Positions 18,797 to 28,500 of a DNA stretch of 64,000 nt are shown here, piece by piece. The stretch comes from Pseudomonadales bacterium (lineage in GTDB: Bacteria > Pseudomonadota > Gammaproteobacteria > Pseudomonadales > Azotimanducaceae), in contig CBDATJ010000002.1 of NCBI GenBank assembly GCA_965199895.1, positions 77,899-141,898 on the forward strand. Direction: 5' to 3'. A model generated the notes under the pieces. It saw only the letters and a program-made list of their open reading frames with translations. It ran no database searches and had not been told where the DNA came from. Both the position numbers and the translations under genes were made by a program. Position 1 is the stretch's first letter. Each line of letters opens with the position of its first letter.

Positions 18797-20616
18797 TAAT
18801 ACATCTCCTCAATCAGTTCAGAATATTTTTCATGTACAACTTTCCGTTTTAGTTTTTGCGTTGGAGTGAGTTCTTCATCCTCTGCATCAAGCAGTTGATC
18901 GATCAAACGAAATTTCTTAATCGATTCAACACGTGCAACTCGCCCATTCACTTTTTCTACTTCAACACCAATCAGGTCTTGAACTGCTTGTGTATGACAC
19001 AAACTGGTATAGTTGGTGAAGGGAACGTCACGTTCTTGAGCATATTGCATGACGTTTTCGTGATCAATCATAACCAAGCAAGTGAGATAAGGTCGAGCTT
19101 CTCCCACTACCACAGCATCAGTGATATAAGGTGAGAATTTCAACTGGTTTTCAATCTCACTTGGAGTGATATTTTTGCCACCAGCAGTAATTATGATGTC
19201 TTTCATACGATCAACAATGTAGATATAGCCTTCTTCATCGATTCGCCCAACATCTCCGGTGTACAACCACCCCTGTTGGATCGTATCAGCAGTCTTTTCG
19301 GGATTATTCCAGTAACCTTTTATCACTCCCGGACTGCGAATCAAAATTTCGTTCTGCTCCGAGAGTTCAATCTCAATTCCGTGTACTGCTTTACCTACGC
19401 TGCCAATTCGATGTTCGTTTTCGAGGTTGCAGGTTGCAATCCCCGTACATTCGGTCTGACCATAAAGCTCATACATGGGTTTACCGATTGACCAATACCA
19501 ATCGATCAATTCAGGTGCTATAGGTGCAGCTGCGGTCGATAGCCACCGGCACTTGTCGATCCCCAATAGCCTACGAACATTCCTCAATACCAACGTTTCT
19601 AAAATTAAATACTGTATAGTAAGAAGTATGGGAACCCGATCATTTACTTTTAGATAGTTCGCCCTTTGTGTACCGACTCGTAATGCTAAATCGTAAGCTA
19701 TCCGCCCCAAAAACGTGGATTCATTACGCATGATCATCACATTGGAATGAAGCTTTTCCCAGACACGAGGTACTGCGAAATGAACGGTTGGTTGGACTTC
19801 TGCAATATCCGTTGCCATGGTTCCTAAGTCTTCAACCAAATGAACTTCTGAAGTCGCTTCAATCACCGAATAAACATAGAACATCCGACCAGCGATATGG
19901 GCGAGCGGTAAAAAACCTAGTTGTCTATCTCCAGATCCGATTGGTAGACAGTATTGAATGCAACTCATCATGAACAACATGTTGCTCTGAGTAATCATCG
20001 CGCCTTTAGGAGGACCCGTAGTCCCCGATGTATACGTCAAGATCATGACATCATCTGGTTTTGCTTTATGGACTTCTTCCGACCACACATCTGGATGATG
20101 CTTGCGAAAATTTCGTCCTAGTTCAATCAACTGGTCTAAAGACATACACGTGTCGTCTTTCAAGTTGCGAAGACCTTCCATATCGAAGATGATGATTTTC
20201 TCTAGAGTTTGAGTTCGTTCACGAACCTCTAGCACTTTGTCTAACTGTTCTTCGTCTTCTGCAAAGTAAAACCGTGTACCACTGTCGTTGATCAGATACT
20301 CTACTTGATTGGGCGCATCGGTCGGATAGACTCCATTGCAAATTGCCCCCATACAAACTGCAGCGAGATCTGCAAACATCCATTCTTTATTGATTTCAGA
20401 TGCTATGGAGACTACATCACCTCTATCTAGCCCTAGTGACTTGAGACCTAATCCAACGAGCTGTGCTTGCTCACCCCAGTCAGCCCAAGTGTATTCATTC
20501 CAGATACCATAATCTTTCTCTCGAATGCAGACTTTATCTTTAAATTCGGCAACGCGATTTTCAAAAATTTTTGGAACCGACTGAAATTCACTGACTTTCT
20601 TGACTCCAGTGCTCAT
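18796..20616 (-). CDS. long-chain acyl-CoA synthetase (AMP-forming)
   Basis: Contains the AMP-binding motif TYTSGTTGPPKGAM and YTGD.G..DEEGY..I.DR.KD. The ATG at 20616 overlaps the LivF-like stop as ATGA. The ORF track extends to 20640. Confidence 0.8.
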   Translation of the reverse strand: MSTGVKKVSEFQSVPKIFENRVAEFKDKVCIREKDYGIWNEYTWADWGEQAQLVGLGLKSLGLDRGDVVSIASEINKEWMFADLAAVCMGAICNGVYPTDAPNQVEYLINDSGTRFYFAEDEEQLDKVLEVRERTQTLEKIIIFDMEGLRNLKDDTCMSLDQLIELGRNFRKHHPDVWSEEVHKAKPDDVMILTYTSGTTGPPKGAMITQSNMLFMMSCIQYCLPIGSGDRQLGFLPLAHIAGRMFYVYSVIEATSEVHLVEDLGTMATDIAEVQPTVHFAVPRVWEKLHSNVMIMRNESTFLGRIAYDLALRVGTQRANYLKVNDRVPILLTIQYLILETLVLRNVRRLLGIDKCRWLSTAAAPIAPELIDWYWSIGKPMYELYGQTECTGIATCNLENEHRIGSVGKAVHGIEIELSEQNEILIRSPGVIKGYWNNPEKTADTIQQGWLYTGDVGRIDEEGYIYIVDRMKDIIITAGGKNITPSEIENQLKFSPYITDAVVVGEARPYLTCLVMIDHENVMQYAQERDVPFTNYTSLCHTQAVQDLIGVEVEKVNGRVARVESIKKFRLIDQLLDAEDEELTPTQKLKRKVVHEKYSELIEEMY

Positions 20617-21389
20617 CGCCACGTCTTCCGTTGCTTCCACCTGCGTCTACCGCGAATACCCTTATCTTTCATTCCAAGATAAAACTCTTGGACATCGGTT
20701 GCTTTAGACAGTCGCTCACAGGTATCTTCCATGACTACTCGGCCATTCTCCATGATATATCCGTAGTCAGAGATTCCAAGAGCCATATTTGCATTTTGCT
20801 CGACGAGAACAATGGTAACCTTCTGATCTACGTTCACTGCTTTGATGATTTCAGAAATATCGTGTACCAGTTTTGGTGATAAGCCCAACGATGGTTCATC
20901 CAACAGTATCACTTCAGGAGAAAGCATCAAAGCTCTACCTATGGAAACCATTTGTTGTTGCCCACCAGAGAGAAATCCAGTTGGGAGTTTTCGATATTCC
21001 TTTAGTGCAGGGAAATAGTGGTAAACCAGTTCAAGATCTGCTTGAATGGACGCTCTCTCCCTTCGGCGAACAAACGATCCGAGTATAAGGTTTTCTTCGG
21101 TTGTAAGAAAGGGAAATAGTTCTCGACCTTCAGGAACATGAGCGATTCTTAGACGAGCGACTGCATCAGGGTCGCTACCGGTTATTTCTATACCGTTATA
21201 GTGAACAGTTCCTTTTTGGGCCTCCATCGCTCCACAGATTGATTTCAGGACTGTAGTTTTGCCTGCACCATTTGCTCCAAGTATGGTGACGATGGCTCCT
21301 TCTTCAACGTTGAGCGAGACTCCTCGAATAGCAACGACTGGGCCGTAGTAAGCCTCTAGATTACGAACTTCTAGAAGTGTAGCACACAT
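20613..21389 (-). CDS. ABC ATP-binding protein, LivF type
   Basis: Contains Walker A GANGAGKTT, signature LSGGQQQMVSIGRA and Walker B ILLDEPS. It has a basic C-terminal tail. Confidence 0.85.
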   Translation of the reverse strand: MCATLLEVRNLEAYYGPVVAIRGVSLNVEEGAIVTILGANGAGKTTVLKSICGAMEAQKGTVHYNGIEITGSDPDAVARLRIAHVPEGRELFPFLTTEENLILGSFVRRRERASIQADLELVYHYFPALKEYRKLPTGFLSGGQQQMVSIGRALMLSPEVILLDEPSLGLSPKLVHDISEIIKAVNVDQKVTIVLVEQNANMALGISDYGYIMENGRVVMEDTCERLSKATDVQEFYLGMKDKGIRGRRRWKQRKTWR

Positions 21390-21394
21390 ATCTG

Positions 21395-22147
21395 TTAGGT
21401 ACCCAAATAAGCATCGACCACATCGGGATGTTGCTTGACCTCGTCGGGTGTACCTATAACAATACCTTGACCGTCAGCCATTACTAGGACTCTATTAGAT
21501 AGTTGACCGATGAGATTCATGTCGTGTTCAACCATCAAGATAGTGCTTCCAAGATCTTGTACGATGTCTTCTAACCAAAAAGACAAGTCGTCTGTCTCCT
21601 CTCGATTTAAACCAGATGACGGTTCGTCTAAAAGCAACAACCTTGGCTCCAAACACAATGCACGAGCCACTTCGACCAATTTTCTGATCCCAAACGCTAG
21701 TGAATCGACTTTCTTGTCTCGGTATGACTGCAGGTGAAGTAAATCAATGACATCCTCAGCACTCTCTCGAAAACTCAACTCTTGCTTGCGAACACTAGGT
21801 AAAAACATCATTTCAGTGAACATGTTGGTTCGCTTATGAATCTGCTGAACTATCAGGAGATTCTCCAACACTGTTTCGTGATCGAATAGCTCAACATTTT
21901 GGAAAGTACGTGCAATTCCATACTTAGCGATTCGATGCGGGGGCTTTCGTGTGATATCTTCACCCTCCATGATGATCTGTCCCTCATCAGAGTCATAGAA
22001 CCGACTAATAAGATTTAAGACTGTAGTTTTCCCCGCTCCGTTGGGACCCATAATGCTGTAGATTTCACCTTCGTTGACCGAGAAGGTGAGGTTCTCAACT
22101 GCATGGACTCCACCGAAGTGCTTTGAAAGGTTGTTGACTTCTAGCAT
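21395..22147 (-). CDS. ABC ATP-binding protein, LivG type
   Basis: Contains Walker A GPNGAGKTT and Walker B LLLLDEPSSGL. The ending (V..AYLG) is typical of LivG. Confidence 0.85.
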   Translation of the reverse strand: MLEVNNLSKHFGGVHAVENLTFSVNEGEIYSIMGPNGAGKTTVLNLISRFYDSDEGQIIMEGEDITRKPPHRIAKYGIARTFQNVELFDHETVLENLLIVQQIHKRTNMFTEMMFLPSVRKQELSFRESAEDVIDLLHLQSYRDKKVDSLAFGIRKLVEVARALCLEPRLLLLDEPSSGLNREETDDLSFWLEDIVQDLGSTILMVEHDMNLIGQLSNRVLVMADGQGIVIGTPDEVKQHPDVVDAYLGT

Positions 22148-22151
22148 AAGA

Positions 22152-23228
22152 TCAATGTACTCTTTCAGTTCGCAAATACGTCTTCTGGCGTTTGAAAGTC
22201 TTCTTGCGATACAGCGGGTACTGGCTGAAATACAGTCGAATTTTTACATAGCGTCCATAAATTCCCAGTGGTTCATACATCAGAAATGCGATCAGGATTA
22301 GTCCAAACGATAAAGGTTCCAGACCAGGCAGATATGCAATGCGGTCGGGTAACCAATCACGCAGAATAGAAATTAGTTCTGGCAACAAGACGATAAAAGT
22401 GGCACCAAAAATGATTCCGTGCATTGAGCCAACCCCTCCTACAATCACTAATATCAGGAGCTTAATCGAAGTGATGATGTTGAATGAATTAGGGAAGATA
22501 AACCCAATTTGATGCGCGTAGAGAGTTCCTGCTAAACCAGTCAGTGCAGCTGAAACTGCAAATGCTAGAGTTTTGGTTTTGACGAGATTCACACCCATTG
22601 CTTGTGCGGCAATTTCAGAATCTCGAACCGCGATCCAAGATCTTCCGGTTGGTGACCGTAGGAGGTTGATAACGACTAGAAATACGACGATCAACACACC
22701 GAAACAAAGGTAGTAATAAACGATCGGCGCGTCGAGATTGAATCCAAAGATTTGCGGTTCAGGGACATCAAATCCGTAGTTACCTCCGGTGATACCACTC
22801 CAACTCTTGAGCAACTTTTCAACAATCATCGCAAAGGCCAATGTCGCGATTGCCAGATAAATTCCGGTCATCCTTAGTGCAGCGATACCAATCAAAATGC
22901 CAAACAATCCACACACCATCATCGAAATAGGAATCGATGCGTACAAAGGGAATCCCAATTCGTAGAGTATCGCATGCACATAAGCCCCGATGGCTAGGAA
23001 CGCTGCGTGACCCATACTCACGAGTCCGGTATACCCCACTAACAGCATCAATCCAGCCCCTGCAATTGCCCAGATGAAAAGCAAAGTCATCTGAGACTGG
23101 AAGTACTTCCCAAATCCCCACGGCGCTAGCACCAGTAATCCCAGAAGCAGAACATACCAAAGTACTTGCATCCGATCTTGAAACAGATTGATGTCCTGAC
23201 CGTAGTTCGTCTTCAGTACAAATCGCAT
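22152..23228 (-). CDS. ABC permease, LivM type
   Basis: 358-aa polytopic membrane protein placed between the LivH-like and LivG-like genes. Confidence 0.8.
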   Translation of the reverse strand: MRFVLKTNYGQDINLFQDRMQVLWYVLLLGLLVLAPWGFGKYFQSQMTLLFIWAIAGAGLMLLVGYTGLVSMGHAAFLAIGAYVHAILYELGFPLYASIPISMMVCGLFGILIGIAALRMTGIYLAIATLAFAMIVEKLLKSWSGITGGNYGFDVPEPQIFGFNLDAPIVYYYLCFGVLIVVFLVVINLLRSPTGRSWIAVRDSEIAAQAMGVNLVKTKTLAFAVSAALTGLAGTLYAHQIGFIFPNSFNIITSIKLLILVIVGGVGSMHGIIFGATFIVLLPELISILRDWLPDRIAYLPGLEPLSFGLILIAFLMYEPLGIYGRYVKIRLYFSQYPLYRKKTFKRQKTYLRTERVH

Positions 23229-24124
23229 CAGACTTTCTTCTTCTGAATAGTTGCGATGAGACCTGAAGGTCGAATGAAGAGCATGATGAGAAGTAAGAGG
23301 TAAGCGCTTGTTTCACTAATCCCCATTCCCACGATAGGATCAACGTATAACTTGGCAAATGACTCAATAATGCCTATTGCGAGACCAGCAATAATCGCTC
23401 CGGGTAGGCTTCCAAAACCTCCCACTATCGCAGCAGCAAAAGCCTTGATTCCAAGCATCAAACCCATTTCAGGAAATGCAGATTTAGCAGGTGCAAGCAG
23501 GATACCCGCTAATGCAGCAATCGCTGCAGACAATGCCCATGTGAATGCAACCACAAACTTCACTGGTATCCCAACGTAGTAAGCTGCGAGTTGGTTTTGA
23601 GAAGTTGCTTGCATCGCAATTCCAAACTGGGTGAATCTCAAGAACAAGAACAACAGCCCACAAATAGCGAACGTTCCACCAATAATGACAATATCTACAA
23701 CTGGAATAGATATAGCCATATCACCTAGAAACCATTGGCTACCCCAATAAGGTGCTTTGAGTAGTTGCGGGTTGTGCCCCCATATCATCCCAGCTATCGA
23801 CCTAAGTACGAACCCTAACCCAATGGTGACCATTAGGATGGCGAAAGGCGGCTGACCAATCATTTGCCTTAAGATTGACCTCTCCAAAAGCAGTCCAAAC
23901 ACACCCATACAAAGGACTGTTGCAGCTATCGCAATAAAGTAATTCCACTCCAAAGTATGTGTGAAGGTAACTGCAAGAAACGCCCCTAGCATCATCAATT
24001 CGCCTTGGGCAAAGTTCACCATCTCGGTGGACTTGTAGATCAACACAAAACCAAGTGCTACTAGTCCATAAACACATCCGGATGAGATGCCACTAATGAG
24101 TAGTTGAAGATTTGTTTCCATCAA
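23228..24124 (-). CDS. ABC permease, LivH type
   Basis: 298-aa polytopic membrane protein containing a YGLVALGFVLIY..T...NFAQGE-type motif. Confidence 0.8.
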   Translation of the reverse strand: MMETNLQLLISGISSGCVYGLVALGFVLIYKSTEMVNFAQGELMMLGAFLAVTFTHTLEWNYFIAIAATVLCMGVFGLLLERSILRQMIGQPPFAILMVTIGLGFVLRSIAGMIWGHNPQLLKAPYWGSQWFLGDMAISIPVVDIVIIGGTFAICGLLFLFLRFTQFGIAMQATSQNQLAAYYVGIPVKFVVAFTWALSAAIAALAGILLAPAKSAFPEMGLMLGIKAFAAAIVGGFGSLPGAIIAGLAIGIIESFAKLYVDPIVGMGISETSAYLLLLIMLFIRPSGLIATIQKKKV

Positions 24125-24161
24125 CTCAAGTGTGAGTCACCACAGAGTGTGAAGTTGTGAA

Positions 24162-25403
24162 TTACTCAGACAGAGAAGCGATTGCACCACGTAATTCACG
24201 TCGATATTCAAAGTAGAATGGATGCCAAAATCCAGGCATTCGTTGGGTAAACACCAAACCAGTGATTCGATCTTCGGGACTGATCCAAGTATGGGTTCCA
24301 GCTAGTCCACCCCAGTAGTATTCGGCAATTCGAGATGCATCATATTCTTTCCCAACTTTTTTGAGTTTCATCGCAAAACCTAGTCCAAAAACGGTGCCGG
24401 GCATATCCCAATCCATTAGTTCAACATACATCCCTTTGGGTAATTGGTTAGTTAGCATCATCTCAAGTGTTTCATACTTAATCACTCGATGACCTTGAAA
24501 TTCTCCACCATTTGCTAGCATGCGCATGAAATTCTCATAGTCTTTGATGGTACCAACTAATCCTCCACCTCCCGATTGGAGTGCACGTGGAGCAAAGTAG
24601 TCACCCATGATTTCTGGTGATAGAAATAGTCCTGGTTTGAGAGGATCCATCTGATCGGTAGCTGCGTACAACATGCAAAAGCGCGGTCGTTGTTCCTCAG
24701 TAAGCTGAAATGCTGTGTCTTTCATGTCCAATGGATCAAAGATTGTTTGCTTCAAATACTCACCAAACGACATGCCAGACCAAATTTCAATAAGTCGAGC
24801 CAGTACGTCCGTTGCTACGCTGTATCTAAACCGCGCTCCAGGTTGATTAGCCAGTGGTAGATCCTTAAGTACATGGATAAATTCTTCGAGTGTGCGACTG
24901 GGATCCAATATCCGGCTTTGCATGTATAGCTGATCAACGGGGGATTCCGCAAAAATCCCGTAAGAAAATCCCACTGTATGACTCATCAGTTGACGAAGCG
25001 TCGGATGTTGCTTGAGTGATTCGGTGTCGTTAAGATCAGTGGAACCTTCTTTCAGTACTTTCAAGTCTGCAAGTTCAGGAATATGTTGTGCTATCTCATC
25101 ATCCAAATTAAATTGTCCTTGCTCGTAGAGCTTCATTGCAGCGATAGATGCTAACAACTTGGTATTGGAAAAGATTCGGAATATTGAGTCTGGTTGTATG
25201 GGGATCTGGTTCTCCATATCTTGATACCCTGTGTAATACTCGTCTACGATTTCACCATCATGAATAATGATCGATGCAGCTGAAGGTATGAATTCTCTAG
25301 CAATCCAAGAGTTCAGACTGTTGTGGACGGATTGAAATTCTGGACGATGACTGGTCATCATGTGGTCTCCGGAGGGTATTTGGTGCAGTTTTCTTACTAA
25401 CAT
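24162..25403 (-). CDS. serine hydrolase, beta-lactamase/esterase (class C-like) fold, no signal peptide
   Basis: 413 aa with an S-x-x-K motif (FSNTK) early in the domain. Length and pattern fit the EstB/PBP4*-like hydrolases. It lies 37 nt upstream of the LivH-like gene. The start could instead be at the internal MM. Confidence 0.65.
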   Translation of the reverse strand: MLVRKLHQIPSGDHMMTSHRPEFQSVHNSLNSWIAREFIPSAASIIIHDGEIVDEYYTGYQDMENQIPIQPDSIFRIFSNTKLLASIAAMKLYEQGQFNLDDEIAQHIPELADLKVLKEGSTDLNDTESLKQHPTLRQLMSHTVGFSYGIFAESPVDQLYMQSRILDPSRTLEEFIHVLKDLPLANQPGARFRYSVATDVLARLIEIWSGMSFGEYLKQTIFDPLDMKDTAFQLTEEQRPRFCMLYAATDQMDPLKPGLFLSPEIMGDYFAPRALQSGGGGLVGTIKDYENFMRMLANGGEFQGHRVIKYETLEMMLTNQLPKGMYVELMDWDMPGTVFGLGFAMKLKKVGKEYDASRIAEYYWGGLAGTHTWISPEDRITGLVFTQRMPGFWHPFYFEYRRELRGAIASLSE

Positions 25404-25894
25404 CGGTGTGATTCAGGGAATGAGCATCCTTACCCATTCCTGAACACTAGATTGCAATTGATCTATGGCTGAATATAGTGAATCATGTCATCTAGGTTTA
25501 CCTAGATTTAGGTAAATTATTCTGTGGCAATTTTAGTCTTATGTCCTACATTCATACTCTCTGAACCGACGGTAAATCTGTCGTGAACTTGCCCAATGTC
25601 TAGGTTAGCCTTGTTTTCTTCTTCTGAAATGGATCAATCATGCGTTCTTACTCTGATGGTGATTCAAATAGTGTGATCAAACACAGCAGAATAGGGAACG
25701 TTTGCTTGAGTTCACGGAATCTTTATTGCAACAGTACCAGTACTATAAAATCTATCCCTCAGGTTCAGCTTATTTAGTGGTCTGCTTGCTAGGTTGTAAC
25801 CCAATCAGAAATATTCATCGACTGAGCGAGGTTCACTGCACTAAAATTGTTGTTACGGAACGAACCAGTCGATGGTGAAAATACAGGGAGTTTC

Positions 25895-27121
25895 ATGAAA
25901 ATTCAAGGTTTAATTTGTTGCGGTCTCGCAACTCTGCTCATAACCACAATAGCGTACGCACAAAGTGATGATCCAACACTCACTGCAGAACTTCGATTAC
26001 GCTGGGAATCTGCAGACGATTCTGTCAACAATACCGCTTATGCCTACACTGGACGCATGGCTTTTCGCTGGGTAACCGGTGACTCTCCATTTTTGCCTGT
26101 CATTGAAATTGAGCACGTTTCAGCTTTCTTGGGAGAGGAATACAACGATGGTGGAACAAACGGCAAGTTCGAATACGCCACCATTGCAGATCCTGTAGGA
26201 ACCGAATTAAACAAGCTCTATTGGGACATCGAACATGAGCTAGGTTGGAAGGCACGTATCGGTAGACAGGAGCTCTTTCACAGGGCTTATCCATGGCAAC
26301 GGTACATAGGAACGGTTTCGTGGAGACAGAATGAGCAAACGATGGATGCTATCTCCGTCCAATACAGCACCGATGAGAATCTCAAATTCCATGGTGCTTA
26401 CATCAATAATGTAAACCGAATATTCGGTGAAGACAATCCGAGTGAAACTCGTGCGAACTTTAAGTTAGACGGCATTTTTCTGCAGGGCGAATACAACGTT
26501 AACGAAAACGTAGTATTAGACGTATTCCTAATGGATTTCGACTTTGCTGATGCTACTGCCCTATCGAGCCAAACCATAGGATTTCGAGTAGATGGAACGA
26601 TCCCGATGGATGCAAATTCAAAGGTTACCCTACTTTATGGCGTGGAGTTTGCATCACAAACTCCAGATACCTCTGGATATGGTGATACCAGTTATCAAAT
26701 GCTGCAGCTCGGTGCTAAGAACAATTTGGGAACCATCAAAATCAAGAACGAAGTACTCACCTCTGCAGGTACCAACTCATTTTCTTCTCCCCTAGCAACT
26801 CTACACATCCACCAGGGATGGGCTGATAAATTCCTCGTGACTCCACAAGACGGACTAATCAACACATCAATTAACGCTAGTGGAATGGCGGGTGAAGTCA
26901 AGTGTACCTTCGAGTACAACTATTATCGTTCAGATGAAGGTGGAGGTGACTTCGGTAATGAACTTGGAGCTGCTTTTAGTCACACGTTCGATGCCGACTC
27001 AGGACGACTAGCAGGTTGGACAATCGGTGGAAAGTTCACGAATTTTGAAAAACTTTCAGATCGATACCGAGACACAACCAAGTTTTGGATTTGGATGCAA
27101 AGGAATTTCAATCTAAACTAA
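25895..27121 (+). CDS. outer-membrane beta-barrel protein, possibly alginate-export-like porin
   Basis: Has a signal peptide (MKIQGLICCGLATLLITTIAYA/Q), an AGGGAG Shine-Dalgarno 4 nt upstream, an early LRLRWE motif and alternating beta-strand pattern throughout. The ORF track start 25847 is probably too long. Confidence 0.5.
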   Translation: MKIQGLICCGLATLLITTIAYAQSDDPTLTAELRLRWESADDSVNNTAYAYTGRMAFRWVTGDSPFLPVIEIEHVSAFLGEEYNDGGTNGKFEYATIADPVGTELNKLYWDIEHELGWKARIGRQELFHRAYPWQRYIGTVSWRQNEQTMDAISVQYSTDENLKFHGAYINNVNRIFGEDNPSETRANFKLDGIFLQGEYNVNENVVLDVFLMDFDFADATALSSQTIGFRVDGTIPMDANSKVTLLYGVEFASQTPDTSGYGDTSYQMLQLGAKNNLGTIKIKNEVLTSAGTNSFSSPLATLHIHQGWADKFLVTPQDGLINTSINASGMAGEVKCTFEYNYYRSDEGGGDFGNELGAAFSHTFDADSGRLAGWTIGGKFTNFEKLSDRYRDTTKFWIWMQRNFNLN

Positions 27122-27204
27122 ATTCCTAGCTAATTCAGGACGTTTTTTCAAGCTCACTCTTCAACTCGCAATAGTAGGATAACATTCCAAGTGTAAACTT
27201 GGAA

Positions 27205-27747
27205 TCACAAAGGTTTGTTCCTTGGTTGCTCGACCATCACGGTTGCAGCTGTGGTGTCAGCGCGCTCCTCAATTTCCTTGACATATTCAACAGGATGTTT
27301 GTCTTCGGGCAGTTGAATGATTGCATATCCCAAGGAAGGATATGCCTTACCTTTGGTAGCTTCGGTTTCTTCGATAAATTCTTCAAGTTGGTCATAGTCT
27401 TCTAAAACTACTCGAACAGAGTTGGTTAAACGCTCAAACTTCTTTTGTTTGATGTTGAACACAAAGCGAGCATCCAGATCCGTATCGGAAATCCATTGAA
27501 CGATGCTATCCATGTCTTCGCCATCCATCTTCGCTTCGTACTTCCACATATCGATGTGACGTTCAATGACAAGTTCTGCACCATCAATCCTATAGACTCC
27601 TTCTATGGCGTTAGAAGTTTCAGGCATTGTGAAGAGAGAATCACCCTCTTCAGTTTCTACTGTAGTAAACTCCATCTCCTGTGCAAACCCTACACAGAGT
27701 AACCCTAAGCAGAATAAGGTACTTGCTATTTTTATAAAGTATTTCAT
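27205..27747 (-). CDS. hypothetical secreted acidic protein
   Basis: 180-aa ORF with a clear signal peptide (IASTLFCLGLLCVGFA/Q). I recognise no family. Confidence 0.5.
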   Translation of the reverse strand: MKYFIKIASTLFCLGLLCVGFAQEMEFTTVETEEGDSLFTMPETSNAIEGVYRIDGAELVIERHIDMWKYEAKMDGEDMDSIVQWISDTDLDARFVFNIKQKKFERLTNSVRVVLEDYDQLEEFIEETEATKGKAYPSLGYAIIQLPEDKHPVEYVKEIEERADTTAATVMVEQPRNKPL

Positions 27748-27788
27748 GATTCAGTCTCTTCTGTGTGTATTTCTAAACTGATTTTTTT

Positions 27789-28376
27789 CTATCTGTAGAA
27801 AGCGTGTTCTGTGTTGGTATGATCGGTCGAATCTTTTATCCCTTTCAAATCGGGAACCCTTTCCATCAAAGTGGTTTCTACACCCTGTTTCAGGGTAATA
27901 TCTACTGCAGCACATCCTTGGCAACCACCACCAAATAGCAATACAGCGACGTTGTCGTCTACCACTTCCAACAAAGATACCATGCCACCGTGTGAGGCTA
28001 GCTGTGGGTTGATTTCACTATAGAGAACGTAGTTGATTCGATCTTCAATGGGAGCATCAAGACCAACTTGAGGCACACGAGAGTTTGGAGCTCTGACAGT
28101 AATCTGCCCACCCATCTTGTCTTCACGAAAATCTACTTCCGCATTTTCGAGGAATGGCAGGCTTTTTTCGTCGTACCAAACTGTGAACTGGTCATAATGA
28201 AACGGTTGGTCACCTTCGTGTTGCTCGCCTTCACGACAATACGCAATGCAGGTTTCTGCACGCGGTGTGCCAGGTTCAGCTACGAAAATTCTCACACCAC
28301 AACCGAGGTCTTCTTTCGACAGTAATTGTGCAAGGTAATCTTGTGCTGAAGGAGATATGTTGACTACGGATTCCAT
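27789..28376 (-). CDS. nfuA: Fe/S cluster biogenesis protein NfuA
   Basis: 195 aa with an IscA-like N-domain and a Nfu C-domain carrying GGGCQGC. Confidence 0.85.
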   Translation of the reverse strand: MESVVNISPSAQDYLAQLLSKEDLGCGVRIFVAEPGTPRAETCIAYCREGEQHEGDQPFHYDQFTVWYDEKSLPFLENAEVDFREDKMGGQITVRAPNSRVPQVGLDAPIEDRINYVLYSEINPQLASHGGMVSLLEVVDDNVAVLLFGGGCQGCAAVDITLKQGVETTLMERVPDLKGIKDSTDHTNTEHAFYR

Positions 28377-28500
28377 ACGATAGCGTTGTTTAGGTCATCA
28401 ATTAAACTACAAATATTGTAACTTTGCTATCCATCGGTGAAACACCGCAACTCATTTAGCGTTCCCTTGTCGGGTCAAATTAGGAAGCAAAACCACTGTA

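Noticed and set aside
20613-20680. Basic C-terminal tail of the LivF-like ATPase (KDKGIRGRRRWKQRKTWR) as a sign of another frameshift
   Set aside because: The frame is continuous and the stop overlaps the next start as ATGA. I recall similar basic tails in this ABC subfamily.
27184-27205. Perfect 9-bp hairpin ATTCCAAGT-gtaa-ACTTGGAAT between the convergent porin and hypothetical genes, and a similar 6-bp hairpin CACACA-tattagg-TGTGTG at 35609..35627
   Set aside because: Neither has a U-tract on either strand, so calling them intrinsic terminators is not justified. They may still act as bidirectional stops or RNA stabilisers.
28377-28500. Cobalamin riboswitch upstream of metH, and a leucine leader peptide/attenuator upstream of leuC (58807..58952)
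   Set aside because: I found no B12-box-like sequence and no run of Leu codons or terminator/antiterminator hairpins in either region.
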